Assembly (NCBI GenBank): GCA_037441475.1
Contig: JBBISB010000001.1
Coordinates: forward strand, 426,418 to 458,417
DNA length: 32,000 nucleotides
DNA from: Candidatus Iainarchaeum sp.
GTDB lineage: Archaea > Iainarchaeota > Iainarchaeia > Iainarchaeales > CSSED10-239
Reading direction: 5' to 3'
Shown here: in pieces, positions 1-9,825 of the stretch
Layout: each line of letters begins with the position of its first letter
How positions within the stretch are numbered: the stretch's first letter is position 1
Program-made: the position numbers and the translations under genes
Notes under the pieces: model-generated
Told to the model about the DNA's origin: nothing
Seen by the model: the letters and a program-made list of their open reading frames with translations, nothing else
Database searches by the model: none

Positions 1-1243
1 CACTTGTTAAGATAATAGGTGCAGCTAAATTAAATCTTTTATACCTAATAAACAAAACAATAGCAACTGTTAAGATAGCAAAGACACCAATCCAAAGAGA
101 AGTTTTCAAAAAAGACTTTCCTAAAAAAGGAGATATCGATTCTGTACTTATACTATCAATTGCAATTGGAAGAGAACCAGACTCTAAGATTAATAATAGT
201 TCATCAAGTCTTTCTTTTGAAGAAGGATATGAATCAGCATGTCCAGTTATGTTAAGTTGAGAAAAGGTTTGAAATCTTGAAGATTCCATGCTTGAAACAT
301 CCATGTTTGCAATACCAGGAGTTATTGAAATAACAGACTTTAAGCCTGTTGCATCCCATATCCATGGCACTTCTTCTTGCTTTGTAACAGAGATTACTTT
401 AAAACCAATTTCATCTAACTGTTCTTTTACCTCTATTGAAACTAAAGGAGAAATGATTACTTTTGAATAAGTGTTAAAATGTTCTTCAAGTTCTAAAACC
501 TCACTTGCTGTTAAGTTTCCATCAACTATGTAGTAAGGAGTTGTTAATTGATCTAAAAGATCTTCAATTGGAAATGAAGAAGAATAAAATCCAGGCACTA
601 AAGGAACATCTTTTTCCTCTAAATAAGTTGTTTTATCAATAATCATTATAGCATCTGTAGGTCTATCAATAAAGAAATATGTTTTTTCACACTCATATCT
701 TTCATCAATAGTTCCACCTGAAAAACCAGTAGGTGTACATTTATGGAAAGTCATTTGAGCAAATCTTTTAGCTGCATCAGGGGAAAGTAAGAAAGGAAGA
801 GACCATTGATAATCAACACCCTTTGTTATCTCTTGTGTACCATATCCTCTTGAAGGGTCCTTATAGATGGTTCTTATGTCTTCACCAGAAAATAAAACAT
901 CACCGTTTAAAACAGCTTCAAAATTACCTTGCTTTAAAAGAACAGATCTTAAGGAAGCAATTTCATCAGGATCAGACTCTGCTATCTGGATGGTTATATA
1001 CTGGCTTCCAGAAGGAGTGACTCTAGCATCCTTTGAACCAGACCAATCCAGTCTTCTTCCTAAGATAGATGCTGCTTGAGAAAGAGCTTCAGCTGAAACT
1101 GGTTCTTCTAAGACAACTTGAAAAGCAGTTCCACCACTAAAGTCAACACCAAACTTAAGGCCTGATGTTGCTAAGATAGTTAAAGAAACTATGATTAAGA
1201 TTATCCAAAAAATAATTATTGGTTTTTTAATTAATGTTTTCAT
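1..1243 (-). CDS. secD: Protein-export membrane protein SecD; C-terminus runs off the window start
   Basis: The ORF track misses it because there is no stop in the window. ATG is at 1243..1241 on the minus strand. My translation reads MKTLIKKPIIIFWIILIIVSLTILATSGLKFGVDFSGGTAFQVVLEE...RRLDWSGSKDARVTPSGSQYITIQIAESD...GNFEAVLNGDVLFSGEDI. It has an N-terminal TM, a long periplasmic domain, then a TM (LWIGVFAILTVAIVLFIRYKRF) at the window edge. It starts 13 nt downstream of secF. The plus-strand ORFs 288..1079 are antisense artefacts. Confidence 0.85.
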   Translation of the reverse strand, partial: MKTLIKKPIIIFWIILIIVSLTILATSGLKFGVDFSGGTAFQVVLEEPVSAEALSQAASILGRRLDWSGSKDARVTPSGSQYITIQIAESDPDEIASLRSVLLKQGNFEAVLNGDVLFSGEDIRTIYKDPSRGYGTQEITKGVDYQWSLPFLLSPDAAKRFAQMTFHKCTPTGFSGGTIDERYECEKTYFFIDRPTDAIMIIDKTTYLEEKDVPLVPGFYSSSFPIEDLLDQLTTPYYIVDGNLTASEVLELEEHFNTYSKVIISPLVSIEVKEQLDEIGFKVISVTKQEEVPWIWDATGLKSVISITPGIANMDVSSMESSRFQTFSQLNITGHADSYPSSKERLDELLLILESGSLPIAIDSISTESISPFLGKSFLKTSLWIGVFAILTVAIVLFIRYKRFNLAAPIILTS

Positions 1244-1256
1244 TTATAATTCACAT

Positions 1257-2324
1257 TTAGTTTTTGTGTTTCCTTTCTGCATACTTGATTAATGCAGGTG
1301 CATTGAAAAGCCATGTTGAGATTAAGTCACCAAAAAGACCACATAATAAAATAATTGAAATCTCAAAGATTACAAGCATTTGTGTAAAGTAAGAAATTAC
1401 AAGCATAACTATTACTGTTGCCATGGTTGTAAAAGTCATTGTTAAACCAGTTGCAATTGAGGAGTTTGCTGAATAGATAGGGTCCTTTGAAGAATCTTTT
1501 AAAACCCTTGTGGTAAGTAAGATATCTGTGTCTACAGAATAACCTATAAGCATTAAAAGAGCAGGTATTGTTGTTAAGCTTAAATGGATATTAAAGATAG
1601 CCATTCCTGCAAGTGCAGCAAAAACATCAAAGATAACAGCAAAGATAATTAAAGCTGATGGAACTATCTCTCTAAAGAAAAGTAAAATAACAATTATTAG
1701 TAAGGAGAAGGCAACAATACCAACCTTGATTGAACTTTTAACAAAGTCTTTTCCTAAGGTAGGTGCAATTTCTCTTGTTTGTATTCTTGAATTTTCTTTT
1801 AAATTAAGCTCAGTTGTTACAAGAGTTGTTACTTGGTTATAAAAATTATTGTTTGCAAGGCTTAAGCTTTCAGATAAGCTTTGTCTTAAGTCCTCTACGT
1901 TTCTAGACGTTTCAATAAATAATAAATCTGCAGGAGCTAAAAAGTTTCTTTCAACAAGAGGGGTTAAAATATTTCTTGTCTCTACTTTTAAGGTTTCTAA
2001 GTCCTTTGTAAAATCCATTTTTGATCCTGCAGCTTTTGCATTTTCAAGATCTTTTTGTAAGGAAAACTCTATTAAAAGACCATAATCGTTTAAACCTTTA
2101 ACTTCATTTATCTGTATTTGTTCAATACCATAATCTGCTCTTAAGGAAGCTTCTAGGTTTGTGTATTCTTTTTCTTCATCATAATGAACGATTATTTGGT
2201 TTCCACCTTTTAAGTCAATTCCTTTTGAAATTCCAGGGTAGATAAATATTAAAAGAATAAATATTATTAAAATAATTATTGGAATTATAAGTAGCTTTGA
2301 ATAGTTTTTTGTAAAAAATTTCAT
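1257..2324 (-). CDS. secF: Protein-export membrane protein SecF
   Basis: 355 aa with an N-terminal TM (LLIIPIIILIIFILLIFIY), a periplasmic domain of about 180 aa, and a 5-TM SecDF/RND-type C-terminal bundle (GYSVDTDILLTTRVLK). It is adjacent to and co-oriented with secD. Confidence 0.85.
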   Translation of the reverse strand: MKFFTKNYSKLLIIPIIILIIFILLIFIYPGISKGIDLKGGNQIIVHYDEEKEYTNLEASLRADYGIEQIQINEVKGLNDYGLLIEFSLQKDLENAKAAGSKMDFTKDLETLKVETRNILTPLVERNFLAPADLLFIETSRNVEDLRQSLSESLSLANNNFYNQVTTLVTTELNLKENSRIQTREIAPTLGKDFVKSSIKVGIVAFSLLIIVILLFFREIVPSALIIFAVIFDVFAALAGMAIFNIHLSLTTIPALLMLIGYSVDTDILLTTRVLKDSSKDPIYSANSSIATGLTMTFTTMATVIVMLVISYFTQMLVIFEISIILLCGLFGDLISTWLFNAPALIKYAERKHKN

Positions 2325-2558
2325 ATTAAATCATATTTTTTATTTTTTAAAGAAATACTTAAAGAAGTATATTAATATATATTATATATTTAGAAAAGTA
2401 TATAAAGCTTAAGTTAAGTGATTAGTTTAAAAAGAAAATACATTTTATAAACAGTTTTAAAGATATATTGTATATTATTAAATAAACAAACATAAATGTA
2501 AACTGTAAAAGAACTGAATGTAAAATATAAACAAACCAATTAAAAACTTGAAATAAAT

Positions 2559-3422
2559 ATGAAATATCCTGAGATTATAAAAGCAGACATCTTTTTAGAG
2601 GGCGTGGTAAACAAGATAAAGAAAGAACAGAATCAAAAAGATGTTCTTTTCTATGTTAACTTTATTCATAACAAGGTTGCTGATAGACTTACACACATCT
2701 ATTCAACATTACCTGACTACTCTAAAATGGAAGATTACTATTTATTAATGTCAAAAAATATTGTCCCAGAGCAAACCATGGAAAGGTGCAAGAACCATTA
2801 TCATGCAACCATACACCTAGTTAATTCCATATCTGAAAGATATAAAAGATTTATTAAAAGAGAAAAAGTTTATAAAAATAAATTACAACTTAAGAAAGAG
2901 TATCTTGGAAGAATTAAATCAATGCTTAAGAAGTTAGATGGAACTAATGAAAAGTTAATGGAGTATGGTAAGTACTTTAGAGCAATACCAAACCCACAAA
3001 AGTTATTCACAATTGTTTTAGTTGGGGTTCCAAATACAGGGAAGACAACTCTTTTAGCTGAAATTACAACTGCAGATCCTGAAATTAATAGTTATTCTTT
3101 TACAACCAAGACCTTAAACTTTGGATACTTTAAGAAAAGAGAAGAGATTATTCAAGTGGTTGATACTCCTGGACTTATTCATGAGGAATTTAAGGACATG
3201 AACTTTATTGAAAAGCAAGCTGTTGTTGCTTTAAAAACAATTGCTGATGTTATTATCTTCTTGTATAACCAACATCAATCCTATGACGAACAAAAAAAAA
3301 TACTTGATAAGATAATGGAAGAGAATCCTGATAAAAAGGTTGTAATATATCCAAGCTTTGGTTCTAAGATGGAAGGTTATCCTAACATCACTTTAAAACA
3401 GATCTTAGATAAAGACTTTTAA
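2559..3422 (+). CDS. Nog1/Obg-related small GTPase with a helical N-terminal domain and a shortened G-domain
   Basis: G1 is VLVGVPNTGKTTLL, the G2 region is FTTKTL, and G3 is VVDTPGLI. The helical N-terminus of about 150 aa resembles the NOG1 N-domain. I see no NKxD or TKxD (G4) motif in the roughly 85 residues after G3. Confidence 0.72.
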   Translation: MKYPEIIKADIFLEGVVNKIKKEQNQKDVLFYVNFIHNKVADRLTHIYSTLPDYSKMEDYYLLMSKNIVPEQTMERCKNHYHATIHLVNSISERYKRFIKREKVYKNKLQLKKEYLGRIKSMLKKLDGTNEKLMEYGKYFRAIPNPQKLFTIVLVGVPNTGKTTLLAEITTADPEINSYSFTTKTLNFGYFKKREEIIQVVDTPGLIHEEFKDMNFIEKQAVVALKTIADVIIFLYNQHQSYDEQKKILDKIMEENPDKKVVIYPSFGSKMEGYPNITLKQILDKDF

Positions 3423-4165
3423 ATAAAGAAAGTATCAATGATTAAAACAATTGCAAGAAGAACCTCTAAGGAAGCAAGACCTATTTTTAACCACACGCCC
3501 CTTGTCTTTAAAGATAACTTTGAACCAAAATAAGATCCAACTATGCTTGTTATAGCAACAATCAAACCAGGGAAGATTAAAAGGTCTCCTCTAAATATAT
3601 AAAAAAATAAAGCAACTAAAGCAGTAATAAGCCCAACAAATAAAGAAGTCGCTATAGCCTGGTGCATCTTAATATGAAGAGACCTTAAAACAGGAGGAAA
3701 CAAAGAACCTCCACTTCCACCCCTTATACCCATTATTATGTTAGTGAAAAACGCACTTGTAAAAAGACTTATTTTGTTTGGTTTTAAAAGAGAGTAAACT
3801 CTTGGTGTTAAGTCTTGAAGATAAAAACCAAGAACAGTTATTAATGAAGCAAATAAAAAAGTAATTACAAGAAAACCATCTGTTAAAAAACCAACCAAGA
3901 AACTAGAGATTATAATACCAAAGACCCCACCAAAAGTAAACCAAAAAACAATGTCCCAACGTATGTTCTTTCTTTGGATATAAGCACCAGTTGCAGAACC
4001 AAAAGGTATTGAAAAAGTATTAATAGCAAAGGCATTAATTAAAGGCATGCCTGATAAAGCTAAAAGAGGTATTCTTACAGAGCCACCACCAATACCAAAA
4101 AGACCACTTAAAAAACCAGTGAAAAGACCTATTAATGAGTAAATAATTATCTGTAATATATCCAT
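3419..4165 (-). CDS. TauE/SafE (DUF81) family anion/sulfite exporter permease
   Basis: 248 aa, polytopic. The two-fold internal repeat motifs typical of DUF81 are present: GLFGIGGGSVRIPLL and MGIRGGSGGSLFPPVL. Its stop overlaps the convergent GTPase stop at 3419-3422. Confidence 0.8.
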   Translation of the reverse strand: MDILQIIIYSLIGLFTGFLSGLFGIGGGSVRIPLLALSGMPLINAFAINTFSIPFGSATGAYIQRKNIRWDIVFWFTFGGVFGIIISSFLVGFLTDGFLVITFLFASLITVLGFYLQDLTPRVYSLLKPNKISLFTSAFFTNIIMGIRGGSGGSLFPPVLRSLHIKMHQAIATSLFVGLITALVALFFYIFRGDLLIFPGLIVAITSIVGSYFGSKLSLKTRGVWLKIGLASLEVLLAIVLIIDTFFI

Positions 4166-4183
4166 GTATTATCTTTCTTTTTG

Positions 4184-4232
4184 TAAAATGGTTTTAATCT
4201 CTTTTTTTCTATAAAATGGTTTAAATCTCTTT
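4184..4232. repeat. Imperfect tandem direct repeat (28-bp period) in the TauE / UPF0147-polD divergent intergenic region
   Basis: TAAAATGGTTTTAATCTCTTT at 4184-4204 and TAAAATGGTTTAAATCTCTTT at 4212-4232 match at 20 of 21 positions. Both lie just upstream of the TauE ATG at 4165 on the minus strand. Confidence 0.7.
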
Positions 4233-4430
4233 CTTTAAAAAATAACCGTTTATTTTCTTTTTAAAAACATTTATTTTTAGTAAATATACTTTAAGCACAA
4301 AGTAATTTTAAAATATACATGTTTCTAAGGGCATTTATAATTATCCTTAAATAAACAATATATAAAAAGATATTTACAGATATATTATATAGAAGAATGG
4401 TTAGTAACAGCTACATAAGTTCTTAAAAAA

Positions 4431-4436
4431 GGTGAT
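4431..4436 (+). promoter_or_regulatory. Shine-Dalgarno-like GGTGAT upstream of ATG 4441
   Basis: GGTGAT is complementary to the archaeal 16S 3' end (..GAUCACCUCCU). The spacer to the ATG is 4 nt. Confidence 0.5.
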
Positions 4437-4440
4437 TATC

Positions 4441-4722
4441 ATGCCAAAACTTACAAAGAAACAAGAATTATGTCAAACAATGGTTCAAGCAATCATAGAG
4501 GAAGCAGATTATCTTCTTGAGGACCAAACAATACCAAAAAATGTACTAGGGGTTATTAGAAACATAAAAAACAAACTTAACAATAACCTTTGCTCAATTG
4601 AAGTTTCAAGTATACTTTACGAGCTTGAAGAAACAATAAATAATGTTAATGCCAATGAATGTAGATCAGTGGTGTGGAGTTTAATATCTAAACTAGAGAC
4701 ATTAAAAGAAAATATTAAATAA
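4441..4722 (+). CDS. Small all-helical protein, UPF0147-like
   Basis: The track starts at GTG 4432. ATG 4441 is the more likely start because it sits 4 nt after the SD-like GGTGAT at 4431-4436. The pattern DQTIPKNV...EVSSILYELEETINNVNANECRSVVWSLISKLE resembles the UPF0147 (PF03685) consensus D..vPrNiR...Ldeis.DpNmp...R..iW.i.s.LE. It ends 12 nt upstream of the PolD small subunit gene. Confidence 0.5.
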   Translation: MPKLTKKQELCQTMVQAIIEEADYLLEDQTIPKNVLGVIRNIKNKLNNNLCSIEVSSILYELEETINNVNANECRSVVWSLISKLETLKENIK

Positions 4723-4734
4723 TTGTAAACAGAC

Positions 4735-6156
4735 ATGGATCAAGACATAATTAAGTATGCAAAAGAGAACAACTTAATTCTTACAGAAGACTCACTTAAA
4801 CACCTATCTAGCCATAACTATAAAGAAATTATTTCACAACTTAAAGAGAAAGATATATTGTTTGTTCAAGAAAAAGACATCTTAAACCTTAAGCTTAGAG
4901 AAAAGAAAGAAGACTATACAAAAAACTTTTATATCTTAGAAAAGTATGATATTACAGGTAAAAACTACTCTCAAGGAAGCATACAAGACTTTCATAAACT
5001 ATTTTTAGATAAATATGAAAAAATTTCAAAAATAATAAACACCAGACCAAACTTTGAACACTCAACTATTGAAAGTTCAAAAAATCTTGTTAAAGGAAAA
5101 AATATTGATATCATTGGTATGGTATATGATAAAATGATAAGCAAGAACGGAAATTTAGTTTTAACTGTGGATGACCCTACTGGCCAAACCAAGCTTGTTA
5201 TCATGAACAAAGATGAAAAGGAATTTTTCAAACACAAAGAAATTCTTTTAGATAATGTCCTAGGTTTTAAAACATCTGTTCTTTCAAAGGACATGCTTAT
5301 TGTTAATGAAGTGGTTTATCCTGACATACCTTTTGAGAAAAGAACAAACCAACTTAAAGAAGATGTTTACATGACAATCATTGGAGATGTACATGTTGGA
5401 TCTAAGAAATTTATGGAAAAAGAATTTTTAAAGTTTATAGAATGGCTTAACGGAAACTTTGAAGGAGAAAAAGAATTTGTTAAAAAAATTAAATATTTAA
5501 TAATCGCAGGAGATTTAGTAGATGGTATTGGAGTATACCCTACACAGTTTAATGAACTTGCAATAACAGATATTGTTAAACAGTATGAACTTTTTGAAGA
5601 ATATATTTTAAAAATTAGAGAGGATATTGAAATATTTATAATCTCAGGTAACCATGATGCAGTTAGGTTATCAGACCCACAACCTGCAATCTCCAAACTA
5701 TATCTTCCAAGACTTTATCAAAAAGAAAACATACATATAATGGGTTCTCCTTCCTGGGTTGTTTTTGAAGGTTTTAAAACATTGATATACCACGGTGCAT
5801 CCTTACATGGTATTTACACAGAGATTAAGTCAGCTGTCATGGACAAACCAGACACTGCAATGGTTGAAATTTTAAAAAGAAGAGACTTAATGCCACAGTA
5901 TGGAGATAGACAAACATTTGTACCTATTGAGAAAAACCTAATGGTTATTGAAGAGGTTCCAGATATTTTTATAACAGCTGATGTACACCATCATGCTTAC
6001 TCTAAATACAAGCACGTTCATTTAATAGCATCCTCTTGTTGGCAAGAAATGACTGACTTTCAAAAAGAGCTCGGACACATACCTACAGTTTCAAAAGCAC
6101 TTTTGTTTAACCTTAAGACAGAGGAACTTTTAATAAAGGATTTTTTAGAAAAATAA
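4735..6156 (+). CDS. polB: DNA polymerase II (PolD) small subunit DP1, Mre11-like phosphoesterase/exonuclease
   Basis: 473 aa with calcineurin-like phosphoesterase motifs IGDVHVGS, AGDLVDG, SGNHD, YHGAS and ADVHHHAY. An OB-fold region precedes them (IIGMVYDK...LVLTVDDPTGQ). It lies directly upstream of DP2. Confidence 0.93.
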   Translation: MDQDIIKYAKENNLILTEDSLKHLSSHNYKEIISQLKEKDILFVQEKDILNLKLREKKEDYTKNFYILEKYDITGKNYSQGSIQDFHKLFLDKYEKISKIINTRPNFEHSTIESSKNLVKGKNIDIIGMVYDKMISKNGNLVLTVDDPTGQTKLVIMNKDEKEFFKHKEILLDNVLGFKTSVLSKDMLIVNEVVYPDIPFEKRTNQLKEDVYMTIIGDVHVGSKKFMEKEFLKFIEWLNGNFEGEKEFVKKIKYLIIAGDLVDGIGVYPTQFNELAITDIVKQYELFEEYILKIREDIEIFIISGNHDAVRLSDPQPAISKLYLPRLYQKENIHIMGSPSWVVFEGFKTLIYHGASLHGIYTEIKSAVMDKPDTAMVEILKRRDLMPQYGDRQTFVPIEKNLMVIEEVPDIFITADVHHHAYSKYKHVHLIASSCWQEMTDFQKELGHIPTVSKALLFNLKTEELLIKDFLEK

Positions 6157-6248
6157 ATCTTTAATCGGCCAAGAGCCTCCTCTTTAAAAAACAATTAAAG
6201 AGAAAAGAAGCATAAATATTAAACAAAAAAACAATTAAGAAAAAAAAC

Positions 6249-9200
6249 ATGATAAAGATAGAAGCAAGGAAAGATGTTTTAAACTACTTTGAAAATCTTT
6301 CAGAAAAAATCAACCTAGAAGTTGAGCTTGCAAGGAATGCAAGAAAGACAGGTAGAGACATAACTGAAGATATTGAAACATTCCCTGCCCAAGGAATTGC
6401 TGAAAAAACAGAAATCCTTGTAGGCCCTAAGGGTGTTGCTAAAATCTATCATGAGCTTTGGGAAAAACACCAAGATAGGTTTAAAGTAACTTTAGAAATT
6501 TTTCACATGATTCTTGATGGAGAGCTTGGTGGCTTAGAGGATCCTGAAAAGAAACTTGAACAAGCTATTAGAACAGCTTTAGTTATACAAACAGACGGTG
6601 TTGTGGTTTCTCCCTTAGATGGCATACCAGATATTAAGATTTCTACAAACCCAGATGGATCTAAATACCCAGATATTTACTTTGCAGGACCAATCAGAGC
6701 TGCTGGTGGTAATGCTCAAACACTCCCTGTTCTTTTAGCAGACCTTGCAAGAAAAAAACTACACTTGGATAGATATAAACCATCTGCAAAGGAAGTAGAT
6801 AGATTAATTGAAGAGAACATGATTTATCAGTCTGATGTTGTTGTAAGACAACAGAGAGTAACTGAAGCTGAGATTAGAGTTATTGCAGAAAACTGTCCGG
6901 TTTGTATAAACAGTGGGCCTGATAGTGATGTTGAAATAATGGTTAACAGAGATCTTGAAAGGATTAAGACAAACAGGATAAGAGGAGCAATGTGTCTTGT
7001 TATTATTGATGGAGTGTATGTTAGAGCCATGAAGATTTTAAAAACCAGTAAAGCCCTTGGTCTTGATTGGTCATGGCTTGAAAAATTAATCAAGGTTAAA
7101 AAAACAGCTGAAGGTAACTTTGAACTTAAGCCATCCACAAAATATCTAGAAGGCCTTGCTGCTGGAAGACCAGTCTTTTCATATCCATTAGTTCCTGGTG
7201 GTTTTAGGTTAAGGTACGGCAAAACAAGAACAACTGGTTTAATGGCAAAAGCAATTAGCCCAGCAACCATGTATGTCTTAGATGAGTTTATTGCAGTAGG
7301 CACACACGGAAGACTTGAAAGACCAGGTAAGTCCTTACAGTACTTTCCATGCTCCACAATTGATGGACCGATTGTAAGGCTTAAAAACAAGGATGTTATT
7401 CAGCTTAATACCTCTAAAGAAGCTTTAAAGTATAGAAGCGAAATTGAAAAAATACTTTTCCTTGGAGATATGCTAATAAACATTGGTGACTTTAAGAAAA
7501 GTGGACACCCTTTAATCAAGTCAGGATATGTGGAAGAAGAATGGCTCTCTGAAATGAAATATCTTTTAAGAAAAGAAATAATTACAGAAAACCAGTTTGA
7601 AGATTTAGAAGAGTTTTACAAAGCACCAACCCCAGAGGAAGCTATTAACCTCAGTGTTAAATATTCAGTTCCTTTGTTTCCTATCTATACAGCATACTAC
7701 TCCCTTCTTGATAGTGAAGAACTTAAAATATTAATTGAGAAGTTTAGAAGTGCAGAAAAAGTATTTGAAGATAATAAAATTATTGGAGCTAAGGTTAAAA
7801 CAAATAATGTTATTAAAGGCATCTTAGAAAAGATTGGTCTTGAACATAAATATCTTTTAGAAGAAAATAAAATATTAATAGAAAGAAAAATGGCATACCC
7901 TCTTTTAAAAACACTCGGAGCATTAAACGCTATTGACCCTACAGATGAGTTTGAAGATGTTTTAGAGGATAAAGAAAAAAGTATTTTTGAAAAATTAACA
8001 ATTGTTTCTAAAATTAAGATTAAAGAAAAAGCAGGAAGCTTTATTGGTGCAAGAATGGGAAGACCAGAGGCTGCACATGAAAGAATACTTCCAGGAAAAA
8101 CAGCTGTAATCTTTCCTATAGGCGAAGGTTTTGGGAATAATAGAGATTTATTAAAAATGATTGATTCTAAAAGTAATTACTCTGGATCAATGGATGCCAA
8201 GATTAAAGCCTATCAATGTGAGAGCTGTAAAAAAATACTTTACTCTGCTTACTGTACAGCATGTAATGTTAGGACAAAGGAGTTGTTTGAATGTTTTACA
8301 TGTAAACAAATATCCTTTAATGAAACTTGCCCAACATGTAATGAAAAGACAAGATCAAAGGTTAATAATAAAATAAAGTTTGATGAACTTATTAAGTCAG
8401 CTATTGATAATCTTGGTATTGGGATAACAGACAACTTAAAGGGTTTTAAGGAACTTGCAAGTCAAGAGAAATATACAGAACCTCTTGAAAAAGGGATCTT
8501 AAGAACAAAGCATGGTCTTTATGTTTTTAGAGATGGAACAATTAGGTATGAGGCTTTGAATGCTACTATAACACAGTTTAAACCAAAGGAGCTTAACTTA
8601 AGTGTGGAAAAGGTTAAAGAACTAGGTTACACCATTGATTATCAAGGAAAAGAAATTAAAGATGAAAACCAGATAATAGATATCTTCCCGCAAGACATTA
8701 TCATCTCTGATCATACTGCTGAATATTTTTTAAAAATCACACATTTTATAGATGATCTTTTAGAAAAGTTCTATAAAATGAAACCACATTTTAATTTTAA
8801 AGAAAAAGAACAATTAATAGGTGAACTTGTAATTGGTCTTGCTCCTCACACCTCAGCCGGTATTGTGGGTAGGGTCTTAGGTTTTTCAAAGGCTAAGCTA
8901 TGTTTTGGGCATCCTTATTTTATAACAGCAAAGAGAAGAAATGTTGATGGTGATCAAGATTCTTTAATGCTACTAATGGATGCTCTTTTAAACTTCTCTC
9001 CTAAATATCTTAGTAAAGGAAGAGGAGGAAGAATGGATGCACCTGTTGCCTTTACAACTGTTGTAAACCCATATGAGATTGATGATGAGTGTTATGAGAT
9101 TGAAACATGCACAGAGTATCCTTTTGAATTTTATGAAAATAGTAAAAAGTTTATGGATGCTGATGATAAGAATATCAAGTATGTGGCAAACTTTTTAGGA

Positions 9201-9692
9201 ACTGAAGAACAGTATACCTGCATGAAGTTTACACATGACACAGCTGTTTTTGATGAAGGCCCAAAGCATAGTAGTTACTTAACCATTAAGTCTATGCAAG
9301 ACAAGGTTACAAAGCAAGCTGAACTTCAAAAAAGAATAAGAGCTGTGGATAACAAAGATGCTCTTGAAAGACTTTTACATTATCATTTGTTTCCTGATAT
9401 TATAGGTAACACAAGAGCTTTTGCTCGTCAAGGCCTAAGGTGTATTAAGTGTAACTCTAAGTACAGAAGAATACCTCTTTCTGGTATATGTCTTAAGTGT
9501 ACAGGTAAGCTTGTTATGACCATACATGAGGGTTCTATTAAAAAATATCTAGAGGTTGCAAAAAATTTAATAAAGGATTATGAGCTTAAGCCATACCTTT
9601 ACCAAAAAGTTATTTTAGCAGAAGAAGATATTAGTTCTCTTTTTGTTGATAAGGAAGAAAAGAAACAAAAATCATTATCTAACTTTTTTTAA
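6249..9692 (+). CDS. polC: DNA polymerase II (PolD) large catalytic subunit DP2
   Basis: 1147 aa. The catalytic DPBB motif KRRNVDGDQDS is at nt 8940-8960. There are internal Zn fingers (CESCKK..CTACN and CFTCK..CPTCN) and a C-terminal Zn finger (RCIKCNSKYRRIPLSGICLKC). Conserved blocks include GAMCLVIIDG, GARMGRPEAA and GLAPHTSAG. No intein-sized insertion is present. Confidence 0.97.
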   Translation: MIKIEARKDVLNYFENLSEKINLEVELARNARKTGRDITEDIETFPAQGIAEKTEILVGPKGVAKIYHELWEKHQDRFKVTLEIFHMILDGELGGLEDPEKKLEQAIRTALVIQTDGVVVSPLDGIPDIKISTNPDGSKYPDIYFAGPIRAAGGNAQTLPVLLADLARKKLHLDRYKPSAKEVDRLIEENMIYQSDVVVRQQRVTEAEIRVIAENCPVCINSGPDSDVEIMVNRDLERIKTNRIRGAMCLVIIDGVYVRAMKILKTSKALGLDWSWLEKLIKVKKTAEGNFELKPSTKYLEGLAAGRPVFSYPLVPGGFRLRYGKTRTTGLMAKAISPATMYVLDEFIAVGTHGRLERPGKSLQYFPCSTIDGPIVRLKNKDVIQLNTSKEALKYRSEIEKILFLGDMLINIGDFKKSGHPLIKSGYVEEEWLSEMKYLLRKEIITENQFEDLEEFYKAPTPEEAINLSVKYSVPLFPIYTAYYSLLDSEELKILIEKFRSAEKVFEDNKIIGAKVKTNNVIKGILEKIGLEHKYLLEENKILIERKMAYPLLKTLGALNAIDPTDEFEDVLEDKEKSIFEKLTIVSKIKIKEKAGSFIGARMGRPEAAHERILPGKTAVIFPIGEGFGNNRDLLKMIDSKSNYSGSMDAKIKAYQCESCKKILYSAYCTACNVRTKELFECFTCKQISFNETCPTCNEKTRSKVNNKIKFDELIKSAIDNLGIGITDNLKGFKELASQEKYTEPLEKGILRTKHGLYVFRDGTIRYEALNATITQFKPKELNLSVEKVKELGYTIDYQGKEIKDENQIIDIFPQDIIISDHTAEYFLKITHFIDDLLEKFYKMKPHFNFKEKEQLIGELVIGLAPHTSAGIVGRVLGFSKAKLCFGHPYFITAKRRNVDGDQDSLMLLMDALLNFSPKYLSKGRGGRMDAPVAFTTVVNPYEIDDECYEIETCTEYPFEFYENSKKFMDADDKNIKYVANFLGTEEQYTCMKFTHDTAVFDEGPKHSSYLTIKSMQDKVTKQAELQKRIRAVDNKDALERLLHYHLFPDIIGNTRAFARQGLRCIKCNSKYRRIPLSGICLKCTGKLVMTIHEGSIKKYLEVAKNLIKDYELKPYLYQKVILAEEDISSLFVDKEEKKQKSLSNFF

Positions 9693-9825
9693 AAGATGCT
9701 TTTAATATTATTTATAAAAGATAGCTGCAAGTTATCTTGTCCAAGAAAAATCGCAAAAACAAAAAGTTAAAAATAAAAGAAAAAGAAACTTAAAAAAAAT
9801 CTTATGTTTTTTTAATTGCTAAAAA

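Noticed and set aside
288-1079. Plus-strand ORFs of 60-70 aa (288..470, 823..1020, 867..1079).
   Set aside because: They lie antisense to a continuous minus-strand SecD reading frame whose translation is clearly SecD-like. They are low-complexity antisense artefacts.
4166-4431. A replication origin upstream of the polD genes.
   Set aside because: There is no cdc6/orc1 gene and no ORB or mini-ORB-like inverted elements. The only repeat is a short tandem duplication, which is insufficient evidence.
6180-6202. A hairpin, CTCTTTAA-aaaacaa-TTAAAGAG, between DP1 and DP2 as a possible terminator or attenuator.
   Set aside because: The stem is only 8 bp and almost all A/T, so it is weak, and such palindromes are frequent in AT-rich DNA. 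DP1 and DP2 are expected to be co-expressed, so there is no basis to call it functional.
6827-7390. A 187-aa minus-strand ORF inside polC. Similar antisense ORFs occur at 1849..2085, 4992..5696, 8249..8434, 16712..17017, 18657..19322, 19782..20120, 24147..24571, 26390..27200 and 31611..31796.
   Set aside because: All are embedded antisense, or out of frame, in strongly supported conserved genes. Their translations are low-complexity and S/L/I-rich with no motifs, so they are most likely chance open frames.
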